Source: an uncultured Candidatus Saccharibacteria bacterium (lineage in GTDB: Bacteria > Patescibacteriota > Saccharimonadia > Saccharimonadales > 2-12-FULL-41-12). Taken from it: DNA of 64,000 nt. The stretch is taken from assembly GCA_964573095.1 (NCBI GenBank), contig CAZNIK010000001.1, positions 249,004 to 313,003 on the forward strand, given 5' to 3'. Shown here one piece after another: positions 56,245 through 63,610 of the stretch (its first letter is position 1; each line of letters opens with the position of its first letter). The translations under genes and the position numbers were made by a program. The notes under the pieces are model-generated. The model saw only the letters and a list, made by a program, of their open reading frames with translations, had not been told where the DNA came from and did no database searches.

Positions 56245-57129
56245 TTAATGCACAGAATGACGTTGGGTTAATTCGGCTCTTTGAGGTGAGAATCCCGCAA
56301 ACAGTATCAAACATGACCCCAAACCAGAAAGATACCAGCCCCATCCTAGAGAACTTAACAAACTTGCATGGCTTAGGGGTGGGTTAATAAATTCTAGTAT
56401 TCTGGGAAGCCAGAGTAGACTACCAAGTAAACTGAAAAAGACAATGCCGCCACCAATCTGCATAAATAGGCGAGATGCAGTCAAGCTGGCCAAAACTGCA
56501 ATGGCAGAACCAAGTAATAGCAATATATAGATGGTCATTACATATCCGACCTCGACATTTGTCGAGAGAATTTGATCATTAGATATCGTTGTGCCATAAA
56601 CAAGATCCATCGGTAAGATGTCGTAGTAAAATCGATTCGCCATGAACGACGCCTCGGCATGAAACATACTGAACGGTCTGTACCAAAATGCTAAAATGGT
56701 GGAGGCAATAATGACTAGACCACCGGTTCCTGCCATAAGTCTTGATCTAGTTGCAAGTACAACCGATGATAATTTTGTTTTGGGCGTAATAAAAAGATCC
56801 TGCGCCAAAAGAGAAAGCGCAACTACCAACAGACACCCAGGTAAGTACCAGAGTTTACCGACAGTTGTAAAACAAATAACTGTCGGTAACAGCACACCCA
56901 AAAAAATCACCAGTTTCCTGTCGTTATCTTGAGGATCACGCTTTTGGTACAAAATAAAGGTAAGTAGCGCCATGCTACTTAAGATTATTGTAATCATTCC
57001 TAGCACAAACGGCTTTTCTTTGTTGCCAATCCAAGATCTGATTTGCGTTCCAATACTCAGCTCAATCATGCCAACAACCACCCCAATCGAGCTGCCTAAT
57101 ACACCCAATTGAAAGGAAAGTTTCTTCAT
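56245..57129 (-). CDS. Hypothetical polytopic membrane protein (about 8 TM helices)
   Basis: This 294-aa hydrophobic ORF starts MKKLSF. It overlaps the upstream fragment ORF by ATGA. Confidence 0.6.
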   Translation of the reverse strand: MKKLSFQLGVLGSSIGVVVGMIELSIGTQIRSWIGNKEKPFVLGMITIILSSMALLTFILYQKRDPQDNDRKLVIFLGVLLPTVICFTTVGKLWYLPGCLLVVALSLLAQDLFITPKTKLSSVVLATRSRLMAGTGGLVIIASTILAFWYRPFSMFHAEASFMANRFYYDILPMDLVYGTTISNDQILSTNVEVGYVMTIYILLLLGSAIAVLASLTASRLFMQIGGGIVFFSLLGSLLWLPRILEFINPPLSHASLLSSLGWGWYLSGLGSCLILFAGFSPQRAELTQRHSVH

Positions 57130-57260
57130 ACTCGCCCGCCCAAATCAATTGCCTTTAGATCTAGTACCAAGATTGTCATAGCGATCGCAAAGACGCCATC
57201 GGTTAGCATTTCTACCCGCCGTGTCGAAAATGTTTGAATACTGTTGCGTTTGTGCACCAT
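57126..57260 (-). pseudogene. Remnant of a TMEM175/DUF1211-family channel gene (first helix only)
   Basis: RRVEMLTDGVFAIAMTILVLDLK matches the family's TM1 signature (R.E.FSDGVFAIAITLLVLE). The ORF stops about 10 codons later, and the following ORF has its own MKK start and no further family motifs. Confidence 0.5.
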
Positions 57261-57347
57261 TAAGATTTCAGTATACTCGTCGTTTGTTTTCGGTTCTAGA
57301 GCTGCATACACAACCAAGCATGAGCAATATGTATAGCGAAGCTATTG

Positions 57348-57356
57348 TGGTATTTT
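57348..57356 (+). promoter_or_regulatory. Extended -10 (TGgTATTTT) 6 nt upstream of the ATG at 57363; leaderless-type promoter
   Basis: The sequence reads tgTGgTATTTTtgtcatATG, with no SD. Confidence 0.4.
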
Positions 57357-57362
57357 TGTCAT

Positions 57363-57608
57363 ATGTTAGAGAAAGGTCCGTTTGTAATACAATGCTACGA
57401 TTCCTTTGAGGGTGAGTACTACAATATTCACCCGGTATCGGAACATACTCATGACACCCTGGAACAAGCTGAAGCTGATGCCGAAGCCGAATGGCAAAAA
57501 ATACGGATAGATCAGACGACTGACCCAGAAGAAGATGACTATGAGCTGCAAGATGAAGTGTATATTGTTGACTTGAACGGCAATAGAGAACCTTATCCCT
57601 TAGGCTGA
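57363..57608 (+). CDS. Small, strongly acidic hypothetical protein (81 aa)
   Basis: The sequence is MLEKGPFVIQCYDSFEGEYY...DPEEDDYELQDEVYIVDL, rich in Asp and Glu. I recognise no family. Confidence 0.5.
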   Translation: MLEKGPFVIQCYDSFEGEYYNIHPVSEHTHDTLEQAEADAEAEWQKIRIDQTTDPEEDDYELQDEVYIVDLNGNREPYPLG

Positions 57609-57725
57609 AAAGTATGTCAAGCGCATCAATTAGCCCCAGCCAAGCATAGGCACTAAAAAAACTTCCTGGTGAGCCTTTCTATCTTAAGCCGCCTTAGTTT
57701 TGATTGATGGCTATGTCATATTTAG

Positions 57726-57734
57726 TGGTATAGT
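57726..57734 (+). promoter_or_regulatory. Extended -10 (TGgTATAGT) 6 nt upstream of the EEP ATG; leaderless-type promoter
   Basis: The sequence reads agTGgTATAGTcaaattATG, with no SD. Confidence 0.48.
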
Positions 57735-57740
57735 CAAATT

Positions 57741-58448
57741 ATGCGATGTGCCACATTTAACGTACTTGCCGATGCCTACATTGGTTATGGCGATTACTCG
57801 CATGTGGACACTAGGTTACTATTGCCAAACGCACGCACACAAGGCATTGTGCGGTTAATAGACAATCTACAGGTTGATGTCATTGGTTTGCAAGAAGTAG
57901 AGGAACCCTTAGTCCGCGCATTAGATGAAACGGGCAATTGGCAAGCGCTTTGGTCGCCAAAAGAACGCGGTAAATCAGACGGTTGCCTAACGCTCGTAAG
58001 AAATGGTATCGACGTGAACGAGTTTAATACGCATCCATACAATGATCAGTCGGGCCATATATTGCAGACCGTACGTATCGGGCAACTGGTTTTTGCTAAC
58101 ACTCATATTAAGTGGGCACCGTCAGACACCCCGAAACATATCGGCGTCACCCAAACCGCTGAACTGTTAGAGCGAATTAGTCCAGAGAAGCCGACGGTTA
58201 TTTTTGCCGATTGTAATGATAGACCAGGCGGACCGGTAAGGCAGTTAATTAAAGAGGCGGGATTCATAAGTGTGTGCGAAGACACGCCGACCGCTCTCGT
58301 TAATCAAGAACAAGTCGCCCTAGATTTATTGGCAATCCGTGGAGTTACAGCAAAATGCAGTACCGACAAATACCCTCTGACTGAAATACCCAACGAAGAC
58401 TGCCCTTCTGATCACATACCTGTTGTTGCAGAGATAGAAATCAATTAA
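57741..58448 (+). CDS. Endonuclease/exonuclease/phosphatase (EEP) family protein
   Basis: It has the N-terminal TFNVLAD motif, IGLQEVE and the C-terminal SDHIPVVAEI motif. There is no signal peptide. Confidence 0.82.
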   Translation: MRCATFNVLADAYIGYGDYSHVDTRLLLPNARTQGIVRLIDNLQVDVIGLQEVEEPLVRALDETGNWQALWSPKERGKSDGCLTLVRNGIDVNEFNTHPYNDQSGHILQTVRIGQLVFANTHIKWAPSDTPKHIGVTQTAELLERISPEKPTVIFADCNDRPGGPVRQLIKEAGFISVCEDTPTALVNQEQVALDLLAIRGVTAKCSTDKYPLTEIPNEDCPSDHIPVVAEIEIN

Positions 58449-58457
58449 CGTAGACCT

Positions 58458-60152
58458 CTATCTAAGTTGTAGGAAATTAGCATCCTCTTGGCTGCCACTA
58501 TCTTCGGCATTTGCGCTGTCGGGTATATCTGAAACTGTGAGCGCACCCGGGTCTACCCCTAGTTTATCGAGGACTTCTTTGATCGGTATGGCGCCTGCTG
58601 GTTTCTCAATCTTTATATCGCCAGAGTATGGTTTGGCTTCCAGAGTAACTTTAACTTCGTAACGCTCCTCCTTGCCTCCCTCAACGGTAATTGTTCCTTT
58701 GGTTGCGTTCGACTTGATGCTGGTATCGAGAGTTAGCTTAGCGTCTGTCTGGCCATCGTCATCGTGATAGGCAACAAACAACGAAAAGTTATCACCACCT
58801 TTGTAGGTCTGCCCCAAGTCAATGTACGTTTTTTTATTCTCTGTATCTGTAAATCGGACTTTGTGTATGAGCTTGTACTTGGCATCTATCCACATATCGA
58901 ACTCATCCTCTTCTTTTAAGCCCTCGTCAATAGATTTTTGGCAATCGCTTATTGCTGGATCTTTTTCTTTTGTCGGGCTGTCTTTGTCTACACCGGGAAC
59001 TTTTTTGATTGCATTTGTAGCATAGATCTTTTCGATGAGCGCCTTGCAGTACTGCTTTGCATGCTCCTTGTCGACCCCTACTTTGTAATGATAGGCGTCT
59101 AGCGAGTCTACCTTTTCCTTACCAACGAAGGACTTTTGCTTAAAAATTGCTTTATCCGTCTTGCCACTTAAGACATACTCACTCGTTACAGATGACACTG
59201 CCCGGGCAAACTCAGCGACATCTGCCGAAGTGATTTGCTCTTTTTCTACTTCTTCTTTCGTGCTCGTTGTTGCGCCGATGGACTTTAGGTATGCTTCTTC
59301 AACTGCAATCCACTTATTCTCGTATGCAACAAGTTCGGGTGCATAAACATCAACACCCAGTGTTTTAAGCCCCGCATATTTGAAGTATATATTTGGGAGT
59401 TGGCTTTGTTCGGGTAGCTCACTCAAAAAATCTAGGCGAACATCGCCAGCTGGCTTCCCTGCTTCATTGAGCGTAACCCTTAGCCCACCATCGGCTTTTG
59501 TAGAATCAAATTTGGTAGTAAATGATCCAGAATAATTAAAATCCTTTGACGAAGCCTCGATGGTGGCCATCATCTCAGATTTCTTGTAAGATTCTAATTT
59601 TTTCTCTTCTGTGGCACTGACAACAAGTTTGTCTACGGCCTTGCCGGTTCGGCTGAGGCCTGTTTTCCAAACATTGTCGGGTTTGTTTGGTAAGTAGTAA
59701 CCAAACACAAATCCACTAGTCAACAACAAAACGACGAGCGTGGCTCCACCTATTGCAAACAGCTTCTTTTTGCCACGCTTACCGCCACCCGTGCTGCTCG
59801 CAGCGCTATAAGGAGAAAACCGTGGACTAGGATTTGGGTTTGTCTGAATGGGGGGTTGTTGTGTTGGAGTCGGCGGTACATTGGCATTTGCAGGCATATA
59901 CGGCTGTTGCTGCGCTGCTTGAGGTGGTGTTTGAAGTTGGGTGGGTGCCGTCGGCTGAGGCTCGATCGGCGGTGTGGCGGCTGGAAAAGTGGCTTGCGGT
60001 TGACTGGGTGCGAATACTACGGGTTCCGGTTGCGAAAACTGAGGGGTGGGCTGAGCTTGTGGAACATCTTGAGTCGGCTTCGGAATACTGCTTGATTGAG
60101 CAGGTTCGTCATATGGTTGAAATGTTGGATCTTGTTTGTTGTTGGGTTGCAC
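58458..60152 (-). CDS. Hypothetical single-pass membrane protein with a Pro/Gln-rich N-terminal region and a large ectodomain
   Basis: About 120 aa of P/Q/T-rich low-complexity sequence is followed by a TM helix (LFAIGGATLVVLLLTSGFVFGYYL) and a mixed alpha/beta domain of about 410 aa. No in-frame ATG occurs before residue ~121 of the ORF. I propose the GTG at 60152, downstream of a TGgTATACT box (60194-60202); this start is uncertain. Confidence 0.6.
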   Translation of the reverse strand: MQPNNKQDPTFQPYDEPAQSSSIPKPTQDVPQAQPTPQFSQPEPVVFAPSQPQATFPAATPPIEPQPTAPTQLQTPPQAAQQQPYMPANANVPPTPTQQPPIQTNPNPSPRFSPYSAASSTGGGKRGKKKLFAIGGATLVVLLLTSGFVFGYYLPNKPDNVWKTGLSRTGKAVDKLVVSATEEKKLESYKKSEMMATIEASSKDFNYSGSFTTKFDSTKADGGLRVTLNEAGKPAGDVRLDFLSELPEQSQLPNIYFKYAGLKTLGVDVYAPELVAYENKWIAVEEAYLKSIGATTSTKEEVEKEQITSADVAEFARAVSSVTSEYVLSGKTDKAIFKQKSFVGKEKVDSLDAYHYKVGVDKEHAKQYCKALIEKIYATNAIKKVPGVDKDSPTKEKDPAISDCQKSIDEGLKEEDEFDMWIDAKYKLIHKVRFTDTENKKTYIDLGQTYKGGDNFSLFVAYHDDDGQTDAKLTLDTSIKSNATKGTITVEGGKEERYEVKVTLEAKPYSGDIKIEKPAGAIPIKEVLDKLGVDPGALTVSDIPDSANAEDSGSQEDANFLQLR

Positions 60153-60306
60153 GATATTCTCGAGCCAAAGCCTAAGAGTTGCTATTAAGCCGTAGTATAC
60201 CACTAACTGAAGTCCTGCACAGCAAAATAGGGCTTGGGTTGTCCAAGCTGGCGCACAATTTAAGTATTGCAACAAACAATACAACCAGGTTTATTGCTGC
60301 TTTTAT

Positions 60307-60864
60307 CTATACAAGGGGCACAAAAACAAAGCCTGGATGTGTCTTGGTTTCGTGATCGCTCTTGGAAGTTTTAATAATTTCTAAAATATCGTTTTGCACG
60401 GGTATCACCAGCTTGCCTCCGACTTTTAGCTGAGTTAGTAACTCGGCTGGCAGCTTTTGCGCCGACGCGCTTACTAATATGCGGTCGTAGGGGGCGTGCT
60501 TGGATAAACCATATTCTTTGCCTGCGTGAAAAAACTTTGCGTTCTGGACGCCCACTCTATCGCAGTTGTCTCTGCCGAACTCTACCAATTGGGGAATTTT
60601 TTCGACAGCAAACACGCGGCCTTTTGGGCCGACAATCTGCGACAAAAGTGCCGTGGTCCACCCCGACCCAAAGCCTACGTCTAGAATTGTTTCGCCTGGT
60701 TTTGCATCTAGCCAACCTAACATTAGCCGGACTGTCGTGGGCTGACTAATCGTCTGGCCAAAGCCTATGGGCAAGGGCGCATCGATTTCTGCCTGGCTTT
60801 GCAAAGCTTTGGGCACAAAATTCCTACGATGTACTTTATGAAAAGCCTTCTCAATCACGTCCAT
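60307..60864 (-). CDS. pcm: Protein-L-isoaspartate O-methyltransferase
   Basis: It has GQTISQPTTVRLM and the SAM-binding motif ILDVGFGSGWTTALLSQ. Confidence 0.87.
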   Translation of the reverse strand: MDVIEKAFHKVHRRNFVPKALQSQAEIDAPLPIGFGQTISQPTTVRLMLGWLDAKPGETILDVGFGSGWTTALLSQIVGPKGRVFAVEKIPQLVEFGRDNCDRVGVQNAKFFHAGKEYGLSKHAPYDRILVSASAQKLPAELLTQLKVGGKLVIPVQNDILEIIKTSKSDHETKTHPGFVFVPLV

Positions 60865-60871
60865 AGTAATA

Positions 60872-60877
60872 ATTATA
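60872..60877 (-). promoter_or_regulatory. -10 box TATAAT 7 nt upstream of the pcm ATG; leaderless-type promoter
   Basis: The minus strand reads ggcaTATAATtattactATG, with no SD. Confidence 0.48.
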
Positions 60878-60948
60878 TGCCTACTAAGCTACATCACGAA
60901 CACAGCAAAAACCTTTATCGAGATTGCGCAAATTACAGCTTAGTTGCG

Positions 60949-61224
60949 TCAAATATTTCTGGGTACGTACGTCACGCTGACGCGATCACCAAGTTTTAGG
61001 TCGAACCTTTTTCTGACCTTTGCGTTTAGGGCAATGAACTGGGTGCCATCCCCCATCGGAAGCAGCGAAGTATCCCAGCTGTAATCGTTGAGACTAACCT
61101 TAATTGCAACCAGTCCACGTTGAGCGAGCGACTTTAGTTCTTCTGTGTGAGTTTTTGGAACGCTCACGTAGTACCAACCGCCTTGCTGAGGAAATATTTT
61201 TACGGTATCGGTCACTTTATACAT
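60949..61224 (-). CDS. DUF1905-like small beta-barrel protein
   Basis: GGWYYVSVPKTHTEELK ... GDRVSVTY resembles the DUF1905 pattern. I chose the ATG at 61224 (MYKV), which overlaps the upstream gene end. Confidence 0.62.
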   Translation of the reverse strand: MYKVTDTVKIFPQQGGWYYVSVPKTHTEELKSLAQRGLVAIKVSLNDYSWDTSLLPMGDGTQFIALNAKVRKRFDLKLGDRVSVTYVPRNI

Positions 61225-61864
61225 TGTTTTTTGCCCTCGAATAGTACCAGTCGGACGTACCAACAACATAAAATGACGGAATCAAGGTGGCACCAAGACA
61301 AACCCAGAAGAACAAGAACCAGTCTTGTTGCAAGGTTCCTCCAAGCGCAATGCCGTGGGCAAACAATAACGTCATAGCTAACATCTGGGCAAAGCTCACA
61401 AAAAACCATTTAGAGCGAATGGCGGGCTTTCTTCGATACCTGTCAAAAAGTTCAAATGATAAAAGAATTAATAGCGCCAAACTGCCAAAGAACACGTAGA
61501 CCTTTAGTGATGAAGCTACATAACCATAGAGGCTGCCTGGCGGCAACACGTCATTCACCTTCCATTGATTCCATATCAATAAACCGGGGTGTAGCAGAAT
61601 TAAGCCAAGAACCGCATAGCGGCTTGCGTTCCGATAGCTTGCGCTGCCCTTTAGTGATGGGAAAGTTGAAGCGAGTAAACCCACACTATAGTGAGTCCAC
61701 ATCAACCCCCACGCCAGCAAGCCAAGGAGTGGAAAAAGACTAAGGACCGTAACTGTACCCAGTCGCCAGTCAAGACCAGCTGCCCACGCAACGAAAACCA
61801 CCACCGACACACCGATACCCAACAACCACGGCATAGTACCGTTACTTTTATTGTCGACACTCAT
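61217..61864 (-). CDS. Hypothetical 6-TM membrane protein with membrane-embedded histidines (possible heme b-binding, ferric-reductase/MsrQ-like)
   Basis: There are six hydrophobic helices. His residues lie inside predicted helices (MWTHYSVG, LILLHPGL, LLFAHGIALG). The family assignment is tentative. Confidence 0.5.
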   Translation of the reverse strand: MSVDNKSNGTMPWLLGIGVSVVVFVAWAAGLDWRLGTVTVLSLFPLLGLLAWGLMWTHYSVGLLASTFPSLKGSASYRNASRYAVLGLILLHPGLLIWNQWKVNDVLPPGSLYGYVASSLKVYVFFGSLALLILLSFELFDRYRRKPAIRSKWFFVSFAQMLAMTLLFAHGIALGGTLQQDWFLFFWVCLGATLIPSFYVVGTSDWYYSRAKNNV

Positions 61865-61915
61865 ATACGTAATACCGTATCATGTAGTGAGCAGATTGTT
61901 GATAAGGAGGACGTT

Positions 61916-62350
61916 TTGGCAAGTAAAAAAATCACTATTGTGCTTGTTGGTGTGGCGATAATTGTTGCAGGAGGATTTGGTATCTACCTGCTTACGAACA
62001 ACGAGCAAGCCTCGGCCCCAGCCACAAATCAAACACCGAGTTCTACCGCGACAGAAACGCCGCAAGGCCAAAACCAAACTGATTCAAAAACCATTACGGT
62101 TGCAGAGGTCCAAAAACACGCGAGCAAGGATGATTGTTGGACCATTGTCGAAAATAGAGTTTTTGATATCACTTCTTACGTGCCGCGACACCCTGGTGGA
62201 GATGAGATACTGCAAGCCTGCGGCAAGGACGGCACAAGCTTGTTCACCCAGAGGAAAACAAGCGGAGGTCAATCGGTTGGTTCTGGAACCCCACACTCAT
62301 CAAGCGCAACGAGACAACTTGAACAGTTCCAAATTGGAATCCTTCAATAG
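61916..62350 (+). CDS. Membrane-anchored cytochrome b5-like heme-binding domain protein
   Basis: The TTG start at 61916 is preceded by AAGGAGG at 5-nt spacing. An N-terminal signal-anchor (KKITIVLVGVAIIVAGGFGIYLL) and a low-complexity linker lead into the b5 core VAEVQKHASKDDCWTIVENRVFDITSYVPRHPGGDEIL. The ORF-track extension back to 61691 overlaps the divergent gene and I rejected it. Confidence 0.75.
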   Translation: MASKKITIVLVGVAIIVAGGFGIYLLTNNEQASAPATNQTPSSTATETPQGQNQTDSKTITVAEVQKHASKDDCWTIVENRVFDITSYVPRHPGGDEILQACGKDGTSLFTQRKTSGGQSVGSGTPHSSSATRQLEQFQIGILQ

Positions 62351-62364
62351 ACTAATCTTTCTCC

Positions 62365-63126
62365 ATGACAAAGCTTAAAAATCTTTTGGGTGACTCTTCG
62401 GCTATATACCCTGCAAAATTTCATAGGTACGACGAACCACATGATGGGAAGAATAATGCCCAGCTCAACTGGTTGCGAGCAGCAGTATTGGGTGCTAATG
62501 ACGGTATTGTTTCGGTAGCAGCTTTGGTGGTTGGCGTCGCCGGTGCAACTAATGACCGTACGGTTGTGTTGACAGCCGGTATCGCCGGATTGATTGCTGG
62601 CGCCCTTTCTATGGCTGCTGGCGAATACGTATCGGTGAGTTCTCAGAGGGACAGCGAAAAAGCCATGCTGGCTCGTGAAAAAGCCGAACTGGAACAGTTT
62701 CCAGACAATGAATTAAAAGAGTTGGCCTATATATACGAGCAAAAAGGATTGTCGGCCAAGACAGCAAAAACGGTCGCAAAAGAGCTAACCGCCAATGATG
62801 CGTTTGCTGCCCACGTAGATGCCGAGCTTGGAATTGATCCAGAGGACCTAACAAACCCATGGCATGCTGCGGTTGCGTCGGCACTGTCTTTCACTGCCGG
62901 TGCAATAATTCCGCTCTCAACCATAATTTTGTTCTCAACGTCTCTACGCGTCCCTGCGACATTTGTGGCAGTCGTTGTTGCACTAGCAATTACTGGTTCG
63001 CTTAGTGCGTGGGTTGGAAGAGCACCAGTCTTAAGGGCAACCGGCAGAGTTGTTGTGGGCGGATTGATTGCGATGGCAATCACCTTTGCGGTTGGCCACA
63101 TTTTCCGCATAAATGGCGCAATCTAA
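62365..63126 (+). CDS. VIT1/CCC1-family iron/manganese transporter
   Basis: It has LRAAVLGANDGIVSVAALVVGVAGA and GEYVSVSSQRD motifs and C-terminal TM helices. Confidence 0.87.
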   Translation: MTKLKNLLGDSSAIYPAKFHRYDEPHDGKNNAQLNWLRAAVLGANDGIVSVAALVVGVAGATNDRTVVLTAGIAGLIAGALSMAAGEYVSVSSQRDSEKAMLAREKAELEQFPDNELKELAYIYEQKGLSAKTAKTVAKELTANDAFAAHVDAELGIDPEDLTNPWHAAVASALSFTAGAIIPLSTIILFSTSLRVPATFVAVVVALAITGSLSAWVGRAPVLRATGRVVVGGLIAMAITFAVGHIFRINGAI

Positions 63127-63296
63127 ATCTAGCTTTCTATTTTTTTGAAACCAACGTCGAAGGGATATGCTTGAACGCCGTTCAACAGCATGAGCTCGAG
63201 GAAAGAACCATCACAAACTGGACAATAGCGAGCAGGATTACTACCGACCACTTCTTCGTGCGGTCACTATACCACATGCTGGATCTGAATTTGAGG

Positions 63297-63302
63297 TATG
63301 CT
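63297..63302 (+). promoter_or_regulatory. -10 box TATGCT 8 nt upstream of the ATG at 63311; leaderless-type promoter
   Basis: The sequence reads gaggTATGCTatagacatATG, with no SD. Confidence 0.35.
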
Positions 63303-63310
63303 ATAGACAT

Positions 63311-63610
63311 ATGAATTCAAACAAAAAAGGCTCCACGCCGTCGCTTATTGATAAGTTTTTTCGAGATAAAAATGGTGAGCGCGTTTTGCTGCAACCACCG
63401 AACCTGCCGATTGTCGGATGGTTCATATTCACAGTACTTGAAAAATTAGTGGATGACGGACAGCTCAACACACTCGCGTCCTTGTTGGCGTTTGGTTGCG
63501 TGTTTACGTGGGCATGGCTGGAGTTATTTTCGGGTGCAAATTATTTTCGAAGACTGCTTGGCCTGCTCGTCCTCGTGGCAGTAATAACCAATAGGTTGAA
63601 TCTCGCGTAA
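63311..63610 (+). CDS. Small hypothetical membrane protein (99 aa)
   Basis: It has two or three hydrophobic helices. Its stop overlaps the next gene's start (TAATG). Confidence 0.45.
   Translation: MNSNKKGSTPSLIDKFFRDKNGERVLLQPPNLPIVGWFIFTVLEKLVDDGQLNTLASLLAFGCVFTWAWLELFSGANYFRRLLGLLVLVAVITNRLNLA

Noticed and set aside
57634-57642. 9-mer CCCCAGCCA identical to the tRNA-Gln 3' end, considered as the distal att site of the islet.
   Set aside because: A 9-mer match is expected by chance about once in a window of this size when both strands are considered. The flanking similarity is weak and there is no integrase. I mention it in the islet finding but do not call it a feature.
63127-63310. 184-nt gap after the VIT1 gene. 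It contains a TTGAAC-gcc-GTTCAA hairpin and a possible 31-codon minus-strand ORF (MWYSDRTKKWSVVILLAIVQFVMVLSSSSCC).
   Set aside because: The hairpin lacks a U-tract on either strand. The mini-ORF has no SD or -10 signal that I can see, and it is too short to evaluate without comparative data.
63009-63314. 101-aa plus-strand ORF overlapping the 3' end of the VIT1 gene.
   Set aside because: It is out of frame with and overlaps a confident gene. Its sequence is Cys/Trp/His-rich with no signals.
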